A DNA stretch of 63,735 nucleotides, the filler included, from Bigelowiella natans CCMP2755 (lineage: Eukaryota > Protista > Cercozoa): the NCBI GenBank assembly GCA_000320545.1. It is 8 parts of 8 records of this genome, joined end to end, with 100 filler letters (N's around TTAATTAATTAA, not from the genome) between each part and the next. Parts side by side here need not be neighbours in the genome. Positions count along the whole stretch, not along the records: positions 15,045 to 42,862 come from ADNK01001543.1; 7 more parts are not named here. The stretch is one strand, 5' to 3'. Of this stretch, positions 24,685 to 37,607 are shown one piece after another. The position numbers and the translations under genes were made by a program. The notes beneath the pieces were generated by a model. That model did not search any database, was not told the DNA's origin, and was given only the letters and a program-made list of their open reading frames with translations. Numbering within the stretch: the stretch's first letter is position 1; every line of letters begins with the position of its first letter.

Positions 24685-27178
24685 ATGACGGTCTCCGCTA
24701 TGGGGAGCCGGAGTGGAAACCACGCCGCTCTTAGTGGAGACGAAAGTCTTGAAAAGGCCGGACCGATGGCAAAGGCTATAGTATTGAAAAACAAGATTGA
24801 ACATGAACGTTGTGAAGCTGTTTACTTCCTTAATCACAACGAGGTAATCCTCCAACTTGACTCCTTGGCTTAGTAACAGTCACTGAACTATTGTCCTCGT
24901 TTTGCTTAGCTCACGGAATCACCGGCGGAAACTCTTCGCACACAGATAATGCACCTTACGGAACTTGAGGAGGAAGTGGATAGTAAGAATGCATCTTTCA
25001 TTTTGAGAGCGTGAAGTTGTATTAGTATAAGGCTTCCAATGTGATTCCTGTGAGTTCTATCCTCAGATAGTAGATATTTTATGGGTTTACTTCAACTCTA
25101 ATTGAAGTTGTATTCTCTAATAGATTTTATTTCCCTGTTTACAGATCTGATTCGCCAGCCGATGGCAAAGCAAGGTATATTTGGAGCAGCCTTCAAGTTC
25201 ATGACAGGTATTGACTCTCTACGATGTTTATTGTTCTTTGTAATAGGCTGATATTGATTTCCTTTAATTAAATTCAGTCTCCTCGATCGCCATGGTTGGC
25301 ATTTCGGTTGCTTTTATGCTGCGGAACAGAATTCTAGAAATGTACTTCGCAGTTTGACGAGATACGTATTCAATGATACCCGTACTAATATACTCAGAAG
25401 TAGCGACAAATGGCAGTTTGTCATGATGCGGATAATACTATATGAGATTTTGAAAAGGCGATTCTCTATCGATTTCGATAAAATATGCTGTGCATTCTTC
25501 TGTTTTATCACTTCAGAATTGTCCCGTGTATGTTCATGGTGATCGCGATGGTGGTTTATGTGGGCTGGGATTCCCTCTGCTGTAGAGAAACAAACCAATC
25601 ACGCCTTCAAGACTTCCAGCACCATTTCAAGATGATCAGGTCTTCTAACTTAATCCTGAAGTCTTCTGTCTTTCCACTCACGTTGCTGTTGCTCGTGGCT
25701 TAGGCGTGCAATGCTGCAAGCGAGACGTTTCGGTCAGATACGATATGGCCGTGACTGGGAGATTAGGCAAAGTCTAGGACGTTCGGACAAATCTGCGGAG
25801 AGATTCTGGAGAAACGTCATGCATTAACAAAAATCCTTCAACACCTTCGGACAGAAGTTGAACTCGCTTCATATGCTGACTTGGATTGTGTCTAAACAGG
25901 CTTTTGGAGATAATGTGACACGCGTGCCTATAAAGCAATTTGAAACTTCTGTTATTGCGTACATGAAGACAGTAGCTGTTGTAAGTGCACTTTCCAATAT
26001 ACAACTTTCAAGAACAGCACATTGAACTGTGATTTGGATCCTTCTCGCAGAAAATGGATGCAGTAGAATCAGCTAAAGCACGGGCAAACGAAGAGGCACG
26101 AAAGCTTTGCGATACAAGTAAGGCAAAGGAGGAGATAAAGAAGGAATTAAATCTAAGCAAGTACAACGAGTATCTTACTCGAAATATGCTGGCGTTGAAG
26201 AAGCTTATAAGAGCCTCGATGGGAGCTTCGATGCATCCTTATGTCACACCGATGAAGTTCCACTTACTTTTAACGAAATTAGGACCCTTCGACAGGTAAT
26301 TCGGCTTTCGATATTTGGCTCACATTGAGAACGTTGCTGCTCCTTCTTAACATAAATTGTGAGGCGGAACATCCACAAGCCTAAGTTTTCTCTCCCTTAG
26401 TCTCATGAGCGGAATGTCGGATTTGATAGATGGAAGTCCAGAAAGGGTATAGCTTGTCCCACTTCACTTTGCACATTATCATGCTTTTATGAGCTTTTGC
26501 GCAATGTTTAGTGGGCGTGGGGATTTATTTTGTGCGTATTTTAGTTATTCAAGCCGTGGTTCTTCCCTGTGCCTCTCACCTCTGAGGATCTTGATGAGCT
26601 GGGAGAGAAGATGAGCGACAAGAAGTTGCCTTGGACATCGTTTATGGTTCTACCCTCCGACTCGGAAATTAAGAATACAGAACACGCTTTCCGGCTGATC
26701 CGATACACCGACACAGCCACCAAGTAAGTTCCATCATCGCAGAACAAATAAGTTTGAGAGAAGCGGAAGAGGCACAGGAATAAGATACAAACTTGGTATT
26801 GGCCTTCATCCTTTTGTTTGAAGAAGTTTCGAGGAATTTGCGAATATATTATCATTATGGCTCGTGAATCCATGAAAACCAAAATTGCATGTGCAATGTT
26901 GTGCCATAGTGTGGAACTGATTCTTCTGATACTGCAGGTTTAGAGAGGATGTCATCTTCCGCAGTATCTTTGGGTTCCATGTATTAATGAAAGGACAAGA
27001 CTTGAAAAAAATCTTCAGGCATGAGGCTCTAATCGCGGAAGCAGTACAGGAAGTCACCGGATTTCCTGTGAATGTGCTGGACATATTAGTAGACCAAATC
27101 ACAAATGCGGTTCCTGTGTTCAATCGGATCAGCGAACTCATCGCTTTCTATCGAAGGGAAAACAAGCTTACGGTCTGA
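24685..27178 (+). CDS. Two-TM membrane protein with coiled coil and divergent C-terminal SH2-like domain; start uncertain (possibly 24271)
   Basis: Hydrophobic exons VSSIAMVGISVAFML and IVPCMFMVIAMVVYVGW. Then VTPMKFHLLLTKLGPFD...LFKPWFFPVPLTSEDLDELGEKMSDKKLPWTSFMVLPSDS...AFRLIRY, resembling the linker + PWF...FLVRxS pattern of protist SH2 proteins. Confidence 0.6.
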
Positions 27179-27649
27179 TATACAAGCATCCCTTAGCCAT
27201 AGAAGTTATTTGACATCGATAATTTTCCAAAACATTTTTTCCCACCCCACAATAAAACTTACACAGTCGTTGTTGTTTATTGACTAAGTTACTCTTCTAT
27301 AACAGGTTCCTGTGCCGTTTCTGAAGGAATTTAGCTTTAATAAGTAGAATTTTCACTTTTTCGCTAAATGGTCAAAGTGCGGTGCGATGTTACTTTAAAC
27401 GTCATTTCCACTCATCAACTAGATAAGATGAATTGTAAGCATTTGAAATAGATAATTTCTTATTTAAAACATAACATACGATATATCGCGAAGTGAAGCT
27501 TAGGGAAGCACAAAGAATGTAAGAGTAGATTTATCGCGTTATTGTGAGTATCCAAACTTAATGTTTGCATATCGTCAGAATCTGTATCTAGATTTACTGC
27601 CATGTTGTTAATAACAGGAAGCCACAAAACAAATAAAGTTTGAACTCAT

Positions 27650-28150
27650 GCACACGTGTCAGAAAATATAAATCAATATGTCTAGATGTGCTACATGTGT
27701 ATGAGACGGGTGCAGTGAAATTGGTTACATTTCTCACGAGAGTCGCTCCTACTAGCCTAATGAAGCTATGCATCGCAATCTAGCAATGCTAGAATGCTGC
27801 GATGTGCGTACACAACAATGTGATCATCATTTCATCATAATCATTCTCAGTATCCGTCTAGCCGTATCGTATACAATGCTAGAATGCGCATGCATTGCGC
27901 ACTAGTACATATCTAGATATGCTAGCATGTCGCTGTGTCGTCTGTCGTCTGATCGATGTGGGTGGTTTCACATTGCACGAGTAGCTACATATAGCCGCCG
28001 CGCTATGCATGCGCAATGTCAATGATGATCTATTTAGCCTCATGGTTGTGGGATAATGATGAACAATGTGAGCGCGTACCACATGCAACTAGGCGAATTG
28101 TGCAATCACCAGCAGCGCAATATTGAGTAGTAGCACAAGGCAAGTCAAAA
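27650..28150. repeat. CTAG/GCATGC palindrome-rich intergenic island 2
   Basis: TCTAGA, GCTAGCATG, GCGCATGCATTGCGCACTAGT and similar words, between the stop codons at 27178(+) and 28217(-). Confidence 0.7.
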
Positions 28151-28216
28151 ACTGTGGCTCGGTTGACAAATTTGCATTGCCATCATAAACTCTTGTGGCA
28201 TTACATATGAATGATG

Positions 28217-29118
28217 TTACTTTATTGATATGCGGGTAGCTCTTTTGAGCTCCGCAGCCTCAAACTCAACTTCGAACTCATCGAGCGTACGGTGAGCAAT
28301 GTGGAGGCGAACACGAGCCTGTTTATCGCTTTCAACTTCAAAGCCGTTGATGCTAATGATTCTAAAGTTTCTCTGGACACCCGCGGAACTTGCGGGCGAG
28401 TCTTCATCAACCTCAATAACCAAGAGATTGAAAAACCGGAAACCGACATATCCACTCTTGAACGTGATTATTTTCCCTGTCTTTTCCCTCAGTGGGGCTG
28501 CACAGCAGAGGACGCAGCACGGGAGAAACATCAACGCCTCGAGAGTGGTGAGTTGAAAAAAACGGAAAACGATATCCTGCCACATCGAGTGGAAAGTTAC
28601 TGTTACCCAATCATCCATCTCACCACGCAACCTCCACGAGAGAACGGAGAGCAAGAACCAGCAACCCGCAACTATTATTAGCGACAAAACGAGGCCAATC
28701 TTGTCCTGAAGAGTCCATACGTGGTTACTCATCAGTGCTGTTGGCAAAGCACCACCGTCGTTGAAATCGGCGCGAAAACCCAAGCCTAGGTCTTGATTAA
28801 GCCTTTTTGATTTCCTGCTTCTACCTCCTTTGCCGTTGCCTGCATCTCTTATATCTGTTAAGAAAGGCCCTGTCGAGCCTGGAAGCTGAAAGTTATGGCC
28901 ATCAACTTGCGAAATCTCGGACTCTTCGGATACGGACCAGCCGTGGCATTTTAAGTTCTTGGCCGTGACCTAGCGTGGGAGGGGTTAGATTCATACTGGG
29001 CAGTACTGTTTTTGTTTCGAAATATTGAACACCACGTGTAGTATGTTGGTGCATCGTGGATGGAAAAAACCCTTTGCGCACAAATTCCAGCCGTGCTCTC
29101 CTTCTCCCATTTTTTCAC

Positions 29119-29156
<38 letters not shown>

Positions 29157-31098
29157 GCACAACCCCTCCCTCTCCTCTCCTTCCCAGTTCCACGTGGGGG
29201 ATGATCGAAGGTAAGCGATCGAAGGTAAGTCCACCTTTTCCCATCCAGGTTCAATGATCGAGTCTGAGTGCGAAGAGTCAGAATGCTCAAGGCCTAAGAT
29301 CTCGGCCCGCAACGCTTTTATCTTCTCTTTTTTTTGCGCCGAATGAGGCACGGACTTCCTTTCGTTCTGGTTTTTTTGTAACAGCAAGCTAAGCTGGCTA
29401 TTTTTCTTCTCGTGGTCCCTCTTCTTCTTGCGGCGCTTCACGTGCGAGCCCATGTCGCCAGACTTCTTAGAATTCTTCGCCATGCCAGTTCCTGCGATCC
29501 CAGCTCCGAGCACACCACCCACTCCAATTCCAACAGCTGCGCTACCGTTTATCCTCTTTTCTTCCTCTTCGTTCTCGTGTTCGTGGTTCTTCTCTTCATT
29601 CGCTACCTCATCGATAGCGCCATCCTCGTCACCCCCCCCCATGTCATCAATCATCACGTCTCCGCACCACAAACCAATACAGATGAGAAAGCAACCGTGA
29701 ACGCCAGAAATAGTCTCCGAGCTCTGTAACGGCACACGGAAATCTGCAGGGTACTGCCGACGGAACAAGAGCATTATTATTGATGGGACTGGAATGGCCA
29801 TGAGCATGGCCACGATTGAGATCGAGAACTCCTCGGATAGGAAGGGAAGCCTCTGGCTCTGGTCGAAGAGGAGAGCACAGAGCGTCATGGTGTTGAAGAG
29901 AAGGACAACCAGAATAGTCACGCGCTTAGCGGAGGTGATGAAGTCGCCCGCATGTCGGCAGAACACCGCGAACCATGGATGGCGTCGCCTCGCTCCCCAG
30001 CATGCCGCATCTCTGAAATGGCGGCACGACCGCGCGTTTTTCTCCATGCGCACGCGCTTGTGATAGTTCATGTTTCGCCAGAACTGTTCTTGACCCTCGA
30101 GGCCGACTTGCTTATGAAGGTGCCAATCGTAGATCATGGTGATAACGAGGAAGAGGAGGTAGGCCGCTGCTATGGCAGCAGAGACCAGCATGACGGTGTT
30201 ATTGAGCGAAAACGCGTCGTCGTTCACATCCGATGCGGAGATTGTATTCACGTTGATCTCAAACCTCATTTCGGTGCTGAAGGCGGTGAGATGGCGGCTG
30301 GAGCAGTTAATCTCTCGTACTCTCCCGCTATAATTGCCCACCACAGCGACCCCGGCGGATGAGTATTTCTGCAGCCCCTCGTCCCAGTAGATGCACCCGA
30401 CCGAGCTGTTAGCGGCGTTCACCGAGAAGTTTGAAGGCACCGAAAAGACGACCGGCGTCGTGAGATTCGCTACCGACACCTCGCCCCCCCCCTGTTTCAA
30501 CTGAATAACGAGGATAGAGCCCGTGGAGTAGTTGCTGGAGCTCGCACTTGGCGTTGGATAAATCTGGTCCTCTATGTTGGCCAGCACAAGGTCGACGGGC
30601 TGCGAACTCGAGGGGAGAGGAAGGTCACTGGGGAACCTAGCGTTGGCTCCGTTAGCCATTTTGACCGAAGCGCCCCTCATCATCTCTGGGGTCTTTTTCT
30701 GCGCTTTCACCTTGATCTTCTCGCCAACGACCTCCACAGCGTCCTCGCCCTCCTCGGAATCCGTCAGGAGCCCACTTCCAAGAGAGACAACGATAGACTC
30801 GATCTGCGAGGAGATGTTGGTCCTGGTTTCCTGAGAGGTCGACTCGGCGCTGCTCAACGACTGAGCGATGTTTCCAAGAGCTTCCACGCTGGTTTGGACG
30901 GTTTCTACAGAGAAATCGTTCAGAGGGTTGCCAGTCACCGAAGAAAGGACCTCCATCGCAATTTCGCGACTTTCGTCCGTTAGCTCGGCGAGGTCCTCCA
31001 CATTGGTAACGTCGCGAATCATTTGCAGGGGAGCTGTCACTGCCTGCGCAGCCTACGCACACACACACACACACACACATACGAAGTAAGGGAGGGCG

Positions 31099-31143
<45 letters not shown>

Positions 31144-31627
31144 CGAGAGCGAGAGAGCGAGATTGGAGAAATACGGATCGCCGGAGCTGATTCAGGAGCG
31201 ACCAATTCCGCAAAGCAAGCCTCGCTCAAAGGGACTGATAATTCATCATCACCATCACACTACCGTGGTCGACTTCGAGGACGAAGACAGCGCCCTGATG
31301 GAAGCCAGCAGCTTCCTCCGCGACCGTTTGCGCTCCTTCAAGGGTACGACCGTCTTGTTGACGGTTTGGAGGTATCTGGACGTTCCGGATACTAAGGCTA
31401 GCACCCCATTCACATCCCCCCGCGCCGCCTTCTGATCAGCGTCCGTAGCTAAGGACGAGACGTTGAGCGAGCGTTGCTTCACCTTCACCTGCAGTCGGTA
31501 GGGGCTCGACACCGCACCATAGAAGTCCGTCACCTGCGCACAAGATAGGACGACGGCACAGGATGATGATGAAACCGGGGTCTGGGAGAATACGCGAAGG
31601 GCGCTTTTCCGGGGAGATGACACCTTT

Positions 31628-31668
<41 letters not shown>

Positions 31669-34600
31669 AGAAGAATTATGTCTACAGCTACTTCTCCTGC
31701 CACTACTACAACCGCAACACCAACGAACTACTACTAACCCTACTACTATTACTACTACTATTACTACGACTACGACTACTACCGAGATGGTGATGGTGAG
31801 ATTGCTGTTGGAGCTGCTTGTGCTAGAGCTCAACGGCGCCGGCAACTTGGCGCTGCAGATCTCCGATTCCTGTTGCGGGCACATCGCCGTCGTGAAGCCT
31901 TCGCTCTGCGGAGCCACACAACAATGGCCGGAGATCAACCGCCAACCCGAGATAGTCATTTGGAACAAAAATCACCGCCCTTGATACCCATCGCTGCCCA
32001 ACCACGCGCGCTTGCACATGTGCAATCTTATCATGGCGACAGGATGTTCTTGCGGCCAAATGCTGTCACCACCACGGCCTCCATTACACATACATACCTG
32101 AGATGAGTCGAAGCTGTAGAGGAGAGGCCTGTCTGTATCCAGCCAACCATAACAGGAGATAACGAACACAGTCTGCAGCGAGTACCCGGTCTCTGGACTC
32201 GCCGAGCAAGTCCCATTCACCGGCGCAGTATTTGTAGTTATTTTCAAGGACGCTGTGCTTTTAGCCCCGGTTGCCGTGATAGTAGCCTGAATACGTAGCA
32301 GCTCAGTTTTGCATGATACATGCGCGGTGATATTTATTAACAACAGCCAGAGAGAAGAACGGGGACAGCGGCACGAATGTAATATCCCAGGGTGCATCGT
32401 ATCCCCCCCCCCCCCCCCTCCTAAAAAAACATATCACAAAGCCTACCTGGATCCTGAACACATACACGGTGTTCTGCTGTAGTGCTCCGGGTTTTACCAC
32501 CAATGCACGGCGGTTGGTGTCTGTGAGCAACAGCCCGCGCTGCTCAAGATTGAGACCTTCGGCATACCATTGATACGCAAGCTGATCATCCTGGAAGTTG
32601 TCGCAGAACGCCAATAGCACTAGCCTCTTCCCAACGTCGGGCTTCTGCTTCATTTTCTTGGCCAGCTCAGCTCGCAAGGAGGGCACAGGAGCGTTAGAGG
32701 TGTAGATGGTTTGCGTGACTGTTGCGTTGCGCTTCGCGCCGGACATCAACGGTGTTCCCAAGGCCACCACTTCTACTGTGACGCGATACACCGCGGGCGC
32801 GGTGAGGAGGATTGTATTAAATTTGGCAAGTGCGGGGGATGAGGACAGCACTGTGAGCGAATAGCCCGGGTCGCTTTGGTCGATCCGACGAAATGACCAA
32901 GTGAATGATAGAGCCTTGGTCCCTGCAGTCGCGTTTATGGGGTCAAAGCTGTTAGTAGCATCGAAGCTGATGTCGTAGCTGGCGCCATTGTACGTTGAGA
33001 CGTTTCGCGAGGCGCCGCCTTTGATGATCGCGACGACTTCCTGGACTTTGACGTGATAAACAACCGTTCGTTGAACCCTTGCGACTTCGTAATGGTTTGT
33101 TTCTATTTTTCCTCGAGGATTGGTCATATTAACGGCTTGCCTCATGATGGAGGTGAAATTGAAAGCGTAGTAGCCGCCCATGCGCAACTCCCCAGCTCCA
33201 ATCGTCAGGGATGTACCGTTGGCCGTTACAGTTGCAGTGTGCTCTATCAAACTCTCAAGGTAGATCTCCGCTGGGCCCAGGGAATGCTTGCGAGAAAGCT
33301 GCTGCCATTCATTTGTGAGAGAAAAATCACTCCTACCAGCGAGGCAGGGTTTGATAGATGCGCTAGCTGTCAACGAAACGACCTCGCTGACAACGATGGT
33401 GGAGAGCAGCGAGCTGACCGGCAGCCTAAAGCATAGGAAGCACCAAACACTTAGATCAGGAGACAACACGATTTCAAGAGTTCATCCGGAAAAACAGACA
33501 ACTACTACAAGAAATGGGCGTCACAAAAATTTAAGAGCTGTCCGTCCGCTGGAAAAACTACTCGACGAGTTCGTGCTCCGATCGCATTCATTCAGCCAGA
33601 AATTTTTACACAGTACAAGCATATATGCCTTTTAGAAGGCAATATAATCACAAGCAAGGCAAAAAAAATGGGCTACAATCTACTGGCGTTTTGCCAGATG
33701 ATCGGGATTTATCCCGGCGGGAGTCAGTTTTTGTATTACGTAACGCTCGGAAAGAAGTTGCACGTTGGCCCCCGCGGAAGAACTTGCATCCTTTTCACTT
33801 GGAATGGAGGAAGAGCTCTGTCCCAGAACCGGACATATCCGATCGTCCCATTGAAATAGCTTCCAGAAAGGTGTCTTGCGCTTTGCGTCGATCGCCCCAG
33901 CAGCGAGTATTTGGGCGTCCAATCCGATATTCTCTCATGCTCCGCATCATGGGGAAAGCATACCTCTAGATTCCCTTCCGAGAAAAAGCAGACACGCTCT
34001 TCGCTGAAGGTAACGACGATGCGGAACCAGATGCTGGCATTGAGAACTCCCTTTCTGGTTTTGAAGTGCCAACTTGTGTCGACTGATGTTTTTGGAAAAG
34101 ACTCATAGCCAGAGCACAAACTGCTGCTCTCATCCTGGTTGCCGAAGTAGAGGTCCCTGGTTCTGTACCCGTTAGAGAAGACCATCAAAGACCCATAATT
34201 CGAGAGATTATGATACATCGCGTAAACCTCAAAGGTCGCGTTCTTCGTTCCTAACTTCCAGCTATCCAGCTCCATGAATTCCTCCAACCCCTTCCCCTGT
34301 TTATTCATCTCCACACCGGAGTCAGTGCACAAGAGATTGGCCTCGATGGATGCATTCTCAAACGGAATCCCGCCTGAGCGCTTTGGTGATGCCCTCAACA
34401 TAGTGCCGACGGAGTCAAGTACCGGCCTGCCTGTCTCGCAGCCGCGGAAGTCCCAAACGTGCAAAGGTGGAGGGGGGAAGGTCGAACTTAGCGTCGTTGG
34501 CCCTATGGTTGGGCTACTCGTAGGCGCTGATGTAGGAGACCCTGTCGGGGAGCTTGTAGGAGATGTTGATGGCAAGACTGTCGGTGAGGACGTGGGAGAG

Positions 34601-35319
34601 GCTGAAGGAGAGGCTGAAGGCGATGCTGTCGGTGAAGTGGTTGGCAAGGGCGTGGGGCTGCTTGTTGGTGAAGCTGTTGGTGTGGCGGTTGGAGAATCAG
34701 AAGGACTTGCCGTTGGCGACGCCGTCGGTGTAACTGTCGGTGAGAGCGTCGGAGTATTTGTAGGATTTGCTGTTGGTGAAGAGGTTGGAGGACCACATAT
34801 TCGTAGACTCGTGTGGTTGACCAAAACAATTCTCTTCTCACAACCAGTTGTCGTGCCATCCCAATTGCTTGGACAAGTTGCAGTTGCTATCCCCGTAGCG
34901 CGAGACACGATTCTGAGCCTCGTAAGGGCCGGTAGGCTGACTACACCGGCAGTGCTACAGCAGATTCTTTCTACGGATTCTTCGCTTAGGAAGCAGCTTT
35001 GGTTACAGGGTTTCATTTCGGATAGGGTCGCATTGAGTGCAGGTGGTGAGCTCAACAGGGTGCACTTCTTCACCGCGCCAGATTCATAAAACTGCCACCC
35101 CGATGGGCAAGTTTCATTTGCTACATTCGGCCCTCCAAACTCGCAGGTAGACAATACGACCTGGTTCACATTGAGTGACAACGAGTTGCACCCGGCCACG
35201 CAGGCAATGTCTTGATGGCGGCTATCAGCCTCGCACTGTCCGGAAGGATTAGAACAGGAGCAGACAAATCCGATTGCCATGAAAAATACAAGCACTCCTG
35301 TCCAGCCCTGAGGAGACAT
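28217..35319 (-). CDS. Polycystin-1-like adhesion receptor: signal peptide, Cys-rich region, (S/T)PT mucin-like repeats, LamG-like, REJ/PKD, GAIN/GPS, about 5 TMs, C-terminal PDZ
   Basis: ORFs 33736-35319, 32303-33469, 31972-32397, 29115-31040 and 28217-28783 are consecutive exons. REJ motif [41 protein letters not shown]; GPS CIYWDE...[10 protein letters not shown]; PKD1-type HPWFAVF...[14 protein letters not shown]; PDZ VGFRF...[29 protein letters not shown]. Confidence 0.85.
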
Positions 35320-35702
35320 GGGAGGGGGAGGGCCAAATGGGGCCAGCCGTGTTGCAGTTACGCCCTACACAAATCAAGTTGGCCTCGGACTGTAAGACTT
35401 AAGACCGTGCAACAGCAAATGCTCTTCAAAAAACGCCTTCGAATAAATTCTCTAAGACAACCTTGTCCCGGTAAGATGAGGAAAACCCTCTGGGTAATTT
35501 GAACCTGTTCTGTTGGACAAAAAATGTTCAGAACGGGCTCACATACCATCGGGCGACATGTCTTGCAAAATCTAAAAATAGGGATGTTTTTGTCAGGAGT
35601 TTTGTCAAAGGTTCGATGATCCTTTTTCAATCTGAGAGAGTGGCATCTTGGAGTCACCTCCCAGAGCTCTCTTGTTCATTGTTCATTGCTCTCTGTCGTT
35701 CC

Positions 35703-35969
35703 ATGGGCATGTTGCGGAAACTGTGTCAACAGCAGCGAGGCGTGCCACTGGCAGGCTCAATTGCAGTTTTGCTAGGCACTCAGGTCTTCGTCCTGGAACT
35801 CGGGTTCATCTTTGGAACACTCTGGTCCGCCCGCCAGCGTGGAAGGAGAGAACAGCACAAACCCCTTCAGCAAAACCAATCTAGCGGTGGTGACGTGAGT
35901 TCCACTCAACCTGCTGTGACGAACAACACTGTGCCACATCTCTCATTCTTCTTCTTCGTCGTTTTCTAG
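35703..35969 (+). CDS. Small single-exon hypothetical protein (88 aa) with one hydrophobic segment
   Basis: ATG at 35703 within ORF 35499-35969; divergent from the receptor gene; stop abuts island 3; no recognisable homology. Confidence 0.35.
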   Translation: MGMLRKLCQQQRGVPLAGSIAVLLGTQVFVLELGFIFGTLWSARQRGRREQHKPLQQNQSSGGDVSSTQPAVTNNTVPHLSFFFFVVF

Positions 35970-35974
35970 CACTT

Positions 35975-36560
35975 CTAGACTCAGATGTCTGGACATGCTA
36001 GCATGTGTCGATGGCGGACAATGCGGCGGGATGGCTAGATGGCCCACTCTGGCACTTTTGCGAAGGCCGCTGTGAAACAACAACAGCTGATTTGAATTGC
36101 GTCAATGAACACCATGCACATTTCTTGCACGTGTGTTGCATTGCGTTGTCCATCACTAGATCATCATCGCGAGATCGTGACGCCCGTGTCGCAATGCTCA
36201 CCAATGCGATCAACGCACACAGAATGGTGCACTTGCATGGACGCCACGCCGCACGCTCGCCACCGCATTTGCCCGCCGCGCGCCATGCACAAGCTAGCAA
36301 GCCCACATCATGATCATGTCATGACGCACACATGATCACATGCATCGAGTTCTAGACATGCGCCTGATTGCTGAGATGCAAGCTGCGGCCTAGCTAGCTA
36401 GCAGCATCGATGGCAGCACCAAGGATGCATGCATTTGAATTCCAGCATCATTCGTCGCTTGCACAATCGTGCCTGACAAGCTTGCAGTACGCAAATAAAG
36501 TCCACAAGCGTACCTAGCTAGCTAGGCTAGCAAGACCTGCAAACTGCGAGTGCTATAAGC
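35975..36560. repeat. CTAG/GCATGC palindrome-rich intergenic island 3
   Basis: CATGCTAGCATG, CCTAGCTAGCTAG (twice), CATGATCATG, GATGCATGCAT; between the stops at 35969(+) and 36606(-). Confidence 0.75.
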
Positions 36561-36605
36561 TTCAATACCTGTCTTCAACTTTGTCGAGTCAAATTTATTG
36601 GCAAC

Positions 36606-36979
36606 TTACTTCTGAAAGAGAAAGCTTTTGAGACCATGCTCATTTGTCTCATTTGCATCATCCTCATCGTCGTCGTCATCCTCCTCCTCATCCTCCTCCT
36701 CCTCCTCCTCAAGATTTCGACCTGTGCACGTTGATTCAAGCAAACCGCGAATTTGTTATCCGGCCATCGTAATTACACATACATACAATAATTTTAAAAA
36801 AGGAAATCAGAACACTCTATTGTTTCCGCGTGTGAAACCGTCCACTTGTACTGTACATTGGCATCCAAGAGTGAGAATTTTAAAAAAATACGCCGTCTGA
36901 AAAAAAACACTAGCTAGCTATGCTTGCGTGTCATTTTTTAAATTTCGCAGAACTCGCAAGATGTACACGCACATATCAA

Positions 36980-37010
<31 letters not shown>

Positions 37011-37542
37011 GATGTTGTAGTTCTTGATTAAAACATAAGGGGAAAATACACTATAAATGGGAATTTGTTTTTAGGTAACTTATCTGTTCATACATCAATA
37101 CCTAATTTTAACGGTACCTCCCTTTTCAGATGACGCTATCCACCGTTTTTTTTGAGCTTGCAGACGTTCTTGGTACGTCCCCGAGGAAGGCTCGCCCCTC
37201 CTCTTTCCTTCGTAATCAGAGACTTCTACTTCGTCATCACCGTCATCGTCTCTACTACGACTTCCCCCCTCGCCCTCCAAAGGATTTGATGCAAAAAACT
37301 CGCGGGCAGCTGTTAGCATATGCTCCTGGAACGTCGATAATTTCTCTAGCTCGCCCCCCTGTATTTGACAGAAGTGGAAATGATGAATCTCTAAAATCAC
37401 ACGCAAGGCCAAAAAGTAAAGGCGAAACGTGCTGTTTCCCTACTATATCCATAAAAATGTGACCCAGGTTATAATTTTTGTATCTTTACGAATTATTCTG
37501 TGCTAGAAGCTGAAGCCTACTCCTCCCGGATATATATAAATA

Positions 37543-37607
<65 letters not shown>

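Noticed and set aside
34274-35089. 271-aa plus-strand ORF with VG repeats
   Set aside because: Antisense shadow of the (S/T)PT repeats of the polycystin-like gene
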